From Octopus sinensis (Eukaryota): a DNA stretch of 10,974 nt. The stretch is from assembly GCF_006345805.1 (NCBI RefSeq), contig NW_021827226.1:1-10974 (forward strand), given 5' to 3'. The notes beneath the pieces are model-generated. The model was not told the DNA's origin. It saw only the letters and a program-made list of their open reading frames with translations, and searched no databases. Within the stretch, counting starts at the first letter, position 1. Each line of letters opens with the position of its first letter. A program made the translations under genes and the position numbers. Shown piece by piece: positions 1 through 8,217 of the stretch.

Positions 1-160
1 ATATAAATATATATATAATACATATATATATTACAGAATATATACATATATATATATATATACATAATATACATATATATCTATATACATATATATTATA
101 TATATATATATATATATAATATATACTATATAATATAAAATATGTATATGCATATATTTA
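1..160. repeat. Degenerate (TA)n microsatellite, probably the internal microsatellite of the SINE whose 3' half follows
   Basis: Imperfect TA dinucleotide run that grades into TG-rich sequence and then into the SINE body at ~161. Confidence 0.9.
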
Positions 161-394
161 GTGTATGTGGTGTGTCTTTGTGTGTGTTCCCCAACTATTG
201 TTTGACAACCGATGCTGGATTGTTTAAGTCCTCGTAACTTAGCGGTTTAACAAAGGGGAACTACAGAATAGGTACTATGCATAAAAACAATAAGTCCTGA
301 GGTCAACTTCTTTGACTAAAATATCCTTTAAGGCGGTGCTTCAGCATGGCCGCAGTCCAATGACTGAAGCAAATAACAGATGAAATATAAAAGA
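161..394 (+). mobile_element. 3' half of tRNA-derived SINE family A (CORE-like, with internal microsatellite)
   Basis: Segments CTTAGCGGTTTAACAAAGG, AGAATAGGTACTATGC and AAGGCGGTGCTTCAGCATGGCCG match the reverse complements of 786-960 and 3838-3955; ends in an A-rich AAAAGA-type tail. Confidence 0.8.
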
Positions 395-697
395 CAAGGA
401 AGTACCTCGAGTAATCTTGTTCAACATGTATAAATTTACGTCCTTGGATTTCATTAAGAAATAATTATTACAACGGCTAGTTATCATAGTAGATTAAGAA
501 TTAAATCTCCAGCAAGCCGAGTCAATCGCACGATTTCAGGATTAATTTTGTATGGTAGACTTAATCCGTCGCTAGTTTAATGCCTAGACCTAACTGACAC
601 TTGAGTGACTTTAGCACTATTCAATTTGTTGCAAGCAATCAAGCGAACTCTCCGATGTCATCAACCTCGGAGGTCCGGTCAATAGCCACAGGCTCTT

Positions 698-764
698 GTC
701 GTTCGTTCGTTCGCTCGTTCGTTCGTTCATTCGTTCGTTTGTTCCTTCCTTCCCTCCTTCCTTC
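698..764. repeat. Compound tetranucleotide microsatellite, (TTCG)n grading into (TTCC)n
   Basis: gttcgttcgttcgctcgttcgttcgttcattcgttcgtttgttccttccttccctccttccttc read directly. Confidence 0.9.
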
Positions 765-785
765 GACTAAGCTATAAAAATTATA

Positions 786-1150
786 TCTTTTCTCTTTTAT
801 CTTTTACTTGTTTCTAGTCGAACGAATCGAGTCCAGTGCATGTTTTTTTTTCGTATGTTAAAGCCTGGTATTTATTCTATCAATCTCTTTTGCCGAATCG
901 TTAAGCTACATTGATATAAACAGACCAACACTGGTTATCAAACGGTGGTAAAGGACAAACACAAGGACACACACGCACGCACATACACTCCCCCCTCACA
1001 CGCACACATGCACGGCGGGATTCTTTCAGTTTCCGTCTACTAAATCTACTTACAAAACTTTGGTCGGTCCAGGGCTATAATATAAGACACCACACGCTGT
1101 GGAACTGAACCTGGCACGAAGCAAACTTAACAACCACACCCACGCCTGCA
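786..1150 (-). mobile_element. Near full-length, internally deleted SINE family A copy
   Basis: Reverse complement of 1015-1150 aligns to the head at 10451-10616 (CAGGCGTGG..., GGTTCAGTTCCAC, GACCAAAG, TAGACGGAAACTGAAAGAA); internal (CA)-rich tract at 960-1012; 786-955 aligns to 161-394. Confidence 0.8.
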
Positions 1151-1210
1151 AATTTATGAGATATTTCTATAAAGCAGTTTTCGGTTAACAATATTAAGTT
1201 AGACGAAGAT

Positions 1211-1602
1211 TGCGAGCTGGCCGAAACGTTAGCACGCCGGGTGAAATGCTTAGCGGTGTTTCGTCTGCCGCTACGTTCTGAGTTCAAATTCCGCCGAGGC
1301 CGACTTTGCCTTTCATCCTTTCGGGGTCGATAAATTAAGTACCAGTTTCGCATTGGGGTCGATATAATCGACTTAATCCGTCTGTCTGTCCTTGTTTGCC
1401 CCCTCTGTGTGTAGCCCCTTGTTGGTAGTAAAAGAAATAGGTATTTCGTCTGCCGCTACGTTCTGAGTTCAAATTCCGCCGAAGTCGACTTTGCCCTTCA
1501 TCCTTTCGGGGTCGATAAATTAAGTACAATTTGCGTACTGGTGTCGATCTAATCGACTGGCCTCCTACTCCGCAAAAATTTCGGGCCTTGTGCCTAGAGT
1601 AG
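1211..1602 (+). mobile_element. Dimeric tRNA-derived SINE family B (Meta-domain-like), flanked by a 21-bp direct repeat
   Basis: A-box-like TGGCCGAAACG 1218-1228; B-box GAGTTCAAATTCC 1280-1292; internal ~119-bp duplication (1255-1373 vs 1440-1558); central GACTTTGCCTTTCATCCTTTCGGGGTCGATAAATTAAGTACCAG resembles the MetaSINE domain; AATATTAAGTTAGACGAAGAT at 1190-1210 and 1603-1623. Confidence 0.85.
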
Positions 1603-1623
1603 AATATTAAGTTAGACGAAGAT

Positions 1624-1737
1624 GACGAGTTGCCTTTCGAGGTCTATAAAATAAGTACCAGTTGAGCACTGGAATTGATGTAATCAGCTTACCCCCCCAC
1701 CCCAGATTGCTGCCCTTGTGGTAAAAGTTAAAGCCAA
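1624..1737 (+). mobile_element. Older SINE family B monomer with most of the head deleted
   Basis: CCTTTCGAGGTCTATAAAATAAGTACCAGTTGAGCACTGG matches 1864-1902 and 1317-1347. Confidence 0.75.
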
Positions 1738-1751
1738 TTTCAAATTAGACG

Positions 1752-1970
1752 AAGGCAGCGAGCTGGCAGAATCGTTAGCATACCGAGCTAAAATGCTTAG
1801 CAGCATTTAGTCCGTCTTTACGATCTCAGTTCGAATTACGCCGACGTCGATTTTGCTTTTAGTCCTTACGAGGTCGATAAAACAGGTACCAGTTGAGCAC
1901 TGGGGTCGATGTAGTCGACTTCCCCACCACGCCCGAAACTGCTGACCATGTGCCAACATTTGAAACTGAT
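1752..1970 (+). mobile_element. Full-length diverged SINE family B monomer
   Basis: Head AAGGCAGCGAGCTGGCAGAATCGTTAGCA, B-box-like AGTTCGAATT, Meta-like domain, and a tail colinear with 1211-1373 and 1631-1737. Confidence 0.85.
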
Positions 1971-2013
1971 TTAAATCAAACGTCTATAATATCTGCTGCT
2001 TAATAAATGAAAA

Positions 2014-2525
2014 TCTATATATATAAAGCTCTAGTTGTGTGAGTGTCTGTCCCCTTCGATTTAGATTTCCCTAACCCTCCCACATTTTGCGGTGCAGTTT
2101 AACCAAATTCGGGTATCTTATAGTCGTGATTCATATCGAGCCCGTCTGGCTATTACGCGCGTCAACGATGAGTCTACGATTTTAAAAATAATTTAACATC
2201 ATTTTTTATTCCATTTAATATGCATAATCTTTCGTGTGTCAATGGCGGCGGAGTTGGCGTCCACGCTCACAGCTGCAACCTGTTTGCTTCTCCCCCTTCC
2301 CTCCCTCGTGAAGCTGTGGGGAAGGGAGTGTAAAGAAATCAACGTCGTAATGCGTTGTCAAGGAGACCAGCGTTCTTTTAGAACAACGACTTCATGGCTT
2401 GAAGACACCAAAACAGAAATGGCTAAGAAAGCCCGAATTGGCATCTATAAGGGAAGTAACTCTCTAAAAATGCTTATATAGTTATTTCCCTTACAAACCC
2501 GAGCAACGCCGGGCGATACTGCTAG
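2014..2525 (+). mobile_element. Complete non-autonomous Helitron (512 bp)
   Basis: Begins TC (A|TCTATATATATAAAG) and ends CTAG|T, so it is inserted between A and T with no TSD; GC-rich subterminal hairpin CCCGAGCAACGCCGGG at 2498-2513, 8 nt before CTAG. Confidence 0.85.
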
Positions 2526-2647
2526 TTTCATTTAATTTTAATGACGCGTAGTCAGATAGAGAACAGTTGACGTAGCCGGTACTTTTCACTTGACCAGAAA
2601 AATAACTTGGGCAAAACGCCATAAAGACGGAAAGAACACTGGATAAT

Positions 2648-2725
2648 GAAAAAAAAAAAAAAACCCAACAAAAAACAAAACCCAACAAAGCAAACAAATA
2701 TAAACAAAAAAAACCCCAAAACAAA
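2648..2725. repeat. A-rich low-complexity tract (poly-A with AAAC/AACCC interruptions)
   Basis: Read directly; explains the Phe-rich ORF 2491-2742(-). Confidence 0.85.
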
Positions 2726-2897
2726 TATTGTCTAAACTTCAATACGATACACGACTGTATATATTAATTTTGCAATATGGTCTTCACTAGACGAGAGACA
2801 GACATCCGGAACAATTATATTGAGAATATTCGTTCGACCTACTTCATAAGACTGCTTTTAGTTTGTTTGCTCAGTCAAAGTTGACCTGGTATTAAAA

Positions 2898-3030
2898 GTC
2901 GTCGTCGTGTACCAGCAGCAGCAGCAGCAGCCGCAGCAGTAGCACCACCACCACCACCACCGTCATCATCATCGTCATCATCTTTAACGACAAAATGACG
3001 ACGATGACGACTACAACAAAACACGACTAC
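2898..3030. repeat. Compound trinucleotide microsatellite (GTC/CAG/CAC/CAT/GAC)
   Basis: Successive in-register runs of related triplets. Confidence 0.9.
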
Positions 3031-3158
3031 AGCGAACAAAAGAGGGGGTCCACTATGCGGTCCTCCGATCTGCTAGACACAGCAGTTAAATCTCCCCCAA
3101 CTATTACCCTATCCGATAGATTTTACCCTCACGAAAAGCAGCAAGAAAAGAATACACG

Positions 3159-3584
3159 GGATCTCCGTATATTGGTAGAATGTGTTTATAAAACATCTTT
3201 TTCTCTTGGCTTTATTGAGAACATTCTATAGTTTGTAAGATATTTGTTTTTTTTTCTTCAATTTCTGCAATCAATGACGTCTATTGAGGTGAAAACATTC
3301 TGTGCCGTATGAATATGCCCCTCGTTTAAGAAACAGATTGAGTTTATTTACATTTGTGAAGAAAAAAAGATACCCTTCCCCCCATCACTAACCCTAACCC
3401 CAACCCTAACCCTAACTAACCCTAACTAACTCTAACTAACCCTAACTAACTCTAACTAACCCTAACTCTAACCTTAACCCTAAAACAGACTGAAATGCAA
3501 TAGATCGATACTAGGGTCATAATTATGGGTGACAATTTCATATGACACCACTAGAAAAAACTGCCGTTCAAACCGAAAAGATCC
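3159..3584. mobile_element. Non-autonomous DNA transposon (426 bp) with 8-bp TSD, very short TIRs and an internal telomere-like tract; Zisupton- or Merlin-like, unresolved
   Basis: Perfect TSD AATACACG at 3151-3158 and 3585-3592; termini GGATCT...AGATCC are inverted. Confidence 0.8.
3388..3483. repeat. Interstitial telomere-like repeat (CCCTAA)n with derived 10-bp (C/T)CTAACTAAC units
   Basis: ctaaccctaaccccaaccctaaccctaac, then five 10-mers at 3411-3460, then ctctaaccttaaccctaa. Confidence 0.9.
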
Positions 3585-3739
3585 AATACACGGTCATATT
3601 AAAGATAATGCAGTCGTAGATATATTCCCCACTCCAAAGTCAGGATGGATGACCCCATGTGGAATGCCTATGACCACGAATCCGCTCGATTATGGTTAAT
3701 CTAAAACTGAACAACAAGAACAATAGCCGTTTGAGACTG

Positions 3740-3830
3740 TACATGGTTGCTTGACCTGCTGGAAAAGACAGCCAAATATCTCTCAAATCATATCGAACAG
3801 TTTTAAAAGGGAAGGATATACTAAATCACA
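3740..3830 (+). repeat. Second fragment of repeat family U
   Basis: GACCTGCTGGAAAAGACAGCCAAATATCTCTCAAATCA is similar to 3068-3102 and to the reverse complement of 7220-7237. Confidence 0.5.
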
Positions 3831-3837
3831 TAATTAC

Positions 3838-4095
3838 CTTTTACGGCCATGCTGAGCCACTGCCTTAGAGGGTTTTATCGAAAAAATCGACCCGAGAACG
3901 CATTTTTAAAGCCTGGTATTTATTCTATCGATATCTTTTACCGAAACGCTAAGGCTCCTTCTAACAAATTCATTACAAGGCATTGGCCGAGCCAAAGTTT
4001 TTAGTAAAAGACACATGACAAAGGTGTTATACTTTGGGACTGAAACCGAAACGTAGCTGCAAAACAAGCTTCTTAACCGTGCAAACATGCCTGCG
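3838..4095 (-). mobile_element. Diverged SINE family A copy lacking the central microsatellite region
   Basis: AAAGCCTGGTATTTATTCTATC is identical to 859-880; GGCCATGCTGA...CTGCCTT is the reverse complement of 330-351; head remnants GGGACTGAA and AAGCTTCTTA...CCTGCG match the reverse complement of 10453-10515. Confidence 0.75.
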
Positions 4096-4097
4096 TC

Positions 4098-4145
4098 AAC
4101 ACACACGCACACACATTCCCACACACGTACACACACACACACACA
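4098..4145. repeat. Imperfect (CA)n microsatellite
   Basis: Read directly. Confidence 0.9.
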
Positions 4146-4164
4146 TGTTGGCCCACAGAATCTA

Positions 4165-4330
4165 CACGTTTTTTGTTATTCGCTCTCTATTTAATTCCTG
4201 TTATTCCTTTCTGTCGATGTGCGTAGGTTCGAAACGTAAAAGACTTTTCCATTCTCTCCGTGCGTCAAACTGATACACATGCTTTGTTCCTACACCTATC
4301 TTCGTCTTTTACATTTCTATAAATTTGAAC
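4165..4330 (+). mobile_element. Probable Penelope-like element terminal repeat or retrozyme remnant ending at (TA)n
   Basis: Contains a minimal hammerhead-like motif at 4207-4242 and terminates abruptly at the TA tract starting at 4331; 5' boundary uncertain. Confidence 0.45.
4207..4242 (+). ncRNA. Degenerate minimal type I hammerhead ribozyme-like motif
   Basis: CTTT-CTGTCGA-T-GTGC-GTAG-GTTC-GAAAC-GTA-AAAG: stem I CTTT/AAAG, core CUGnnGA with A6>U, imperfect stem II, GAAAC, palindromic ACGT stem III, GUA site. Confidence 0.4.
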
Positions 4331-4363
<33 letters not shown>

Positions 4364-4469
4364 TAAAATTAATCACCTTATTTTAAATTGTATGGATAAT
4401 TACCATACTAAATTCTGGTGCCTCAACTTAAGTACCATATTCATCTGAATCTATATATGTGTATGTATG

Positions 4470-4505
<36 letters not shown>

Positions 4506-4531
4506 TACATACATACATACATACATACATA
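4331..4531. repeat. Two microsatellite blocks: (TA)n 4331-4362 and (TA)/(TATG)/(TACA)n 4452-4531
   Basis: Read directly. Confidence 0.9.
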
Positions 4532-5113
4532 CAGGGTGCGATGCGTAAATTGTCGCCCCTTTTATATTTTTAATTTCGCGCTGGCGCATTGTTTATCTAT
4601 GATTTTGTCGACTGCATAGAATAGTAGGGTCAGTTGGGCACCGTCTGTGAGAAAAATACCCCCATGACGCAATTCACTCTGCCAGAAATTTGGAAACGAC
4701 ATGCTGTACTGCTTAGCACTCACACTGGAAGCTGCAGTACGAACAGATGATGAACATACAACAAAAGTTGGCTTGTCGTGTCTCCAAAACAACCCGTCAA
4801 CATCATGGTATTTGGAGTGATCACTAGTGAAGGCGACGTTATGTTCCCATTCATCTTTCCACACGGCCTCAAACTCAACACGGAGGCCTACAAGTACCTG
4901 GTGGAGGTAATGCTGCCTTGGGTCAAGAGGGTGGCTGCTGGAAGACTCTACGTCTGGCAACAGGACTCTGCACCATGTCATACAAGTAGGAGTCCCCAGT
5001 CATGGCTGTCATACAATTTCTGCAACCACACCACCCCAACATCTGACCACCTAACTCCCCAGACTGCAACCCCTTGATTATTACGTGCGGGGCACAGTTG
5101 AGCGAGAGACCAT
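4532..5113 (+). mobile_element. Decayed Tc1/mariner-superfamily transposon, DD37D (maT) family; left end present, right end lost
   Basis: TA|CAGGGTG terminus at 4530-4538, followed by transposase remnants. Confidence 0.85.
4664..5113 (+). pseudogene. DD37D/maT transposase pseudogene with internal deletions, frameshifts and a stop
   Basis: Putative start MTQFTLPEIWKRHAVLL at 4664; catalytic region VMVFG-like IMVFGVITSEG...YVWQQDSAPCHTS in ORF 4778-5077; after a 1-nt shift reads I*PPNSPDCNP, and after a second shift LDYYVRGTVERET; reconstructed spacing of the second to third Asp is 37 residues; HTH and first Asp are missing. Confidence 0.88.
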
Positions 5114-5299
5114 CAATACGGCCTCTTTGAAATTCAGACAGTTCCAAGGCTTCTTTTGTACATGGCATGATTAAACAGTCACATATAGAACCGGGAACAG
5201 AAAAATGTCAATTAATAAAAAATACAAATCTTTACAAGTTAGAATAAACATAAAACGATGTTTAATGGGGTGTCTATTTACGTCTAACATGCCTCTGTG
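5106..5299 (-). mobile_element. 5' end of a second, Tc1-like transposon on the minus strand
   Basis: Minus-strand ATG at 5168 gives MPCTKEALELSEFQRGRIDGL, resembling Tc1-type N-termini (ELSxFxRGRIxGL); upstream terminus TA-CA-CAGAGGCATGTTAGACGTAAATAGACACCCC is TIR-like and abuts a TA-rich tract. Confidence 0.6.
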
Positions 5300-5388
5300 T
5301 ATATGTTTGCATGTATACATGTATAAAGTTTATATGTATATAATATATATATATGTATGTATGTAGTATGTATGTATGTTATGTATAC

Positions 5389-5420
<32 letters not shown>

Positions 5421-5478
5421 TGATACATGCATATATATGTATGTATGTGTTTGTGTATGTATACGTAATATATATAAG

Positions 5479-5534
<56 letters not shown>

Positions 5535-5541
5535 TATATAT
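5300..5541. repeat. Compound (TA)n/(TATG)n microsatellite
   Basis: Read directly; source of the IYIY ORFs. Confidence 0.95.
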
Positions 5542-5899
5542 TAAAAGAGAAAAAGAAACAGAAGAAAGGGGAGAAGAAAATAGAGAGAGATGCAAATAGG
5601 CAGGCAAACATTCATTGATTTGCCTGATAAGCACGATAACATTCACAAGCATTATCGTATCCGTACTTTTATATTGCAATATGAAGAATCGTATCTTCTT
5701 TCTAAAATTCTTTTTATAGATACATTTGTCTGATAAATTTTTGCCTCACTCTTCTCTCAATTTATTGAGAAGACAGTTCGATCTCCGGTTCTGATTTCAA
5801 ATATTCTGTTCTGGTATTTTGATATTTTTGAGTTCATGTGGAAAATGAAACCCACGTAGTCAGCAGAGTGCGCCTCATAAATTTCTTGATACAAACGTA

Positions 5900-5976
5900 G
5901 ATATATATACATACACACATATGCATGCATAAATACATGCGCTCACATATACACGCATACAACACCCCACACACCC
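5900..5976. repeat. Degenerate TA/CA microsatellite
   Basis: atatatatacatacacacatatgcatgcat...cacaccccacacac. Confidence 0.7.
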
Positions 5977-6324
5977 GATGCAGTTAACCAATCAACTAAC
6001 CAGCCCAACCGATTCTGCCAATCAAATTTCTAGAATACATTGATTTTTATATCGTATTGCGCAGTAAAATGTTAGGGAGAAGGTGGACAAAAAGATAAAT
6101 GGGGGAAAAAAAAGGTAGACTGAAACGATGATTCTGTGCTTCAGCATGTAGTGTTAGAATGTATAAGAGGTAAAGGAAATGAGGGTTGTCTTACATTCAT
6201 GCCTTTCTCAGGTGCATTATCGTCGCAAATGGGAGAATGTGATCAAAATGTAATCGATAATGATTTCATAAATGTACCCTTAAAGCAAAGGAATCATCTT
6301 CGGTGCTAACTCATTCCCCTTGTT

Positions 6325-6466
6325 AAAAAAAAAAAAAAATAGAAGTGAGAGGAGTGAAAGAAAGTGATAGGGAGAGCAAAAGATATACAGAGAGAAAAGT
6401 GAAAGGGAGAGGCGGATAGTGGGAAGGAAAGAGAGTGAGGGAGAGAGAGAGAGAAAGAAAGAGAAA

Positions 6467-6497
<31 letters not shown>

Positions 6498-6514
6498 GTG
6501 TGTGTGTGTGTGTA
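6325..6514. repeat. Poly-A, then a ~130-bp polypurine (GA-rich) tract, then (GT)n
   Basis: Read directly. Confidence 0.9.
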
Positions 6515-6869
6515 TGTTCATGCTTTAGATCAGGTATGGCCAACTTTTTTCGAGAAGGGGGACAGCAATACTAAAAGAAATTGAAGGTAATTTCTCGCTA
6601 AGTGTGCCATTCCAAAATCCCGCGGGTCGCAGGTTACCCATGACTGCTTTGAATAATTACTTTGCTCCCCATCTATTTTGTTGGAGGTATACTTTTCTTT
6701 TATCCAGATACATGCCAGTGACCCTTTTGAGTTATTTCCCTTTGATAATTTTCCCTTTTTTTTTTTTCAAACTTATACCGAAGCAACCTCTATGTTAGCA
6801 GTCTATCGTTGCAAGTGCCGGAAGATCTTATGAAGATAAAGCTTAGCCTCCGAGTCAAAAAATGGTTCA

Positions 6870-7245
6870 GACTATTTTTGGTTGAAGACATTCCAGCTGT
6901 GATCATCCCACCTTTTTGGGGATGGAACATGTTATGAAGAACATGTCAGACTAGCCCAGAAGATTTATGTTCAATGGTATTTCAGTTGTGACCATCCTCT
7001 TTTATTCATTCAGTGTTATCTGTGACCAGGGGATTTCTGAGGGGCGGTTTATCAGGGAAGACGAAGTTCATTTTGAGTCCCTTTGAGTCCCTATGAATTC
7101 TAGTTTTCAGTATATGCAAGCGTTTGCTGAAACCCCAAGGAGTTTCCTAGCCCTCGCCCTGCATTCTCGTAAATCCTCTTTAGGTCTATATTATCAAATC
7201 TGCCTGTATTCTAAAACGCCAGGGTGTGATTTGAGACAACTTTTG
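6870..7245 (-). repeat. Several degraded minus-strand fragments of repeat family U
   Basis: CATTCCAGCTGTGATCATCCC (~6889-6909) and TATTTCAGTTGTGACCATCCT (~6978-6998) are mutual direct repeats and reverse complements of ~3643-3667; AGGGTGTGATTTGAGA (~7221-7235) is the reverse complement of the CTCAAATCA motif at ~3782-3790. Confidence 0.45.
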
Positions 7246-7395
7246 TGAAATTCTTTATAGGACTATAGTGTTACTAATTAATGTTTTTCACTTATTTTAT
7301 TTCTACATTATGTGGCCCTCTGTTGTAATTGCATAATCATCTGTTTGCGACTTTAATGTTTCCATTGAAAATTGTATATATTGTTGCTTGAAGTG

Positions 7396-7402
7396 TACAC
7401 AT

Positions 7403-7433
<31 letters not shown>
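7396..7433. repeat. (CA)n microsatellite
   Basis: Read directly. Confidence 0.95.
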
Positions 7434-7436
<3 letters not shown>

Positions 7437-7439
7437 GCT

Positions 7440-8217
<778 letters not shown>

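Larger units (their letters stand above)
3045..3724 (+). repeat. Old unclassified interspersed repeat (family U), split by the element at 3159-3584
   Basis: CTGCTAGACACAGCAGTTAAATCTCCCCCAA (~3070) resembles 3757-3790; GGATG...TGGAATGCCTATGACCA (~3643-3676) resembles the reverse complements of ~6879-6910 and ~6968-6998; ends in an (AAC)n-like tail at 3710-3724. Confidence 0.55.

Noticed and set aside
1075-1529. Two similar minus-strand ORFs (YLIYRPRKDE...)
   Set aside because: Their similarity comes from the SINE dimer duplication; antisense to a non-coding element
1190-1970. CRISPR-like or tRNA gene cluster interpretation of the recurring repeats
   Set aside because: The units are long diverged SINE bodies without unique spacers; no cas genes; eukaryotic context; no complete cloverleaf
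2491-2742. Hydrophobic 83-aa ORF resembling a membrane peptide
   Set aside because: Phe/Leu/Val content derives from the antisense of an A-rich tract, and it crosses the Helitron end
2898-3231. PolyQ/polyA/polyH coding exon and ORF 2995-3231
   Set aside because: The CAG frame hits TAG at once; the ORF runs across a repeat and a transposon boundary; no convincing splice sites
3388-3483. True telomere or chromosome fusion scar
   Set aside because: Short, degenerate, single orientation, and enclosed within a TSD-bounded element
4562-4981. 139-aa minus-strand ORF
   Set aside because: Antisense shadow of the maT transposase remnant; no recognisable motif
5284-5679. ORFs rich in IYIY/YVCM on both strands
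   Set aside because: Translations of (TA)n/(TATG)n microsatellite, which lack stop codons by composition
6203-6256. Possible micro-exon after TTTCTCAG (VHYRRKWENVIK)
   Set aside because: Weak donor and no recognisable homology; cannot be supported without RNA data
7075-7096. Short tandem duplication TGAGTCCCT(T/A) x2
   Set aside because: Ordinary 10-bp slippage duplication with no further structure
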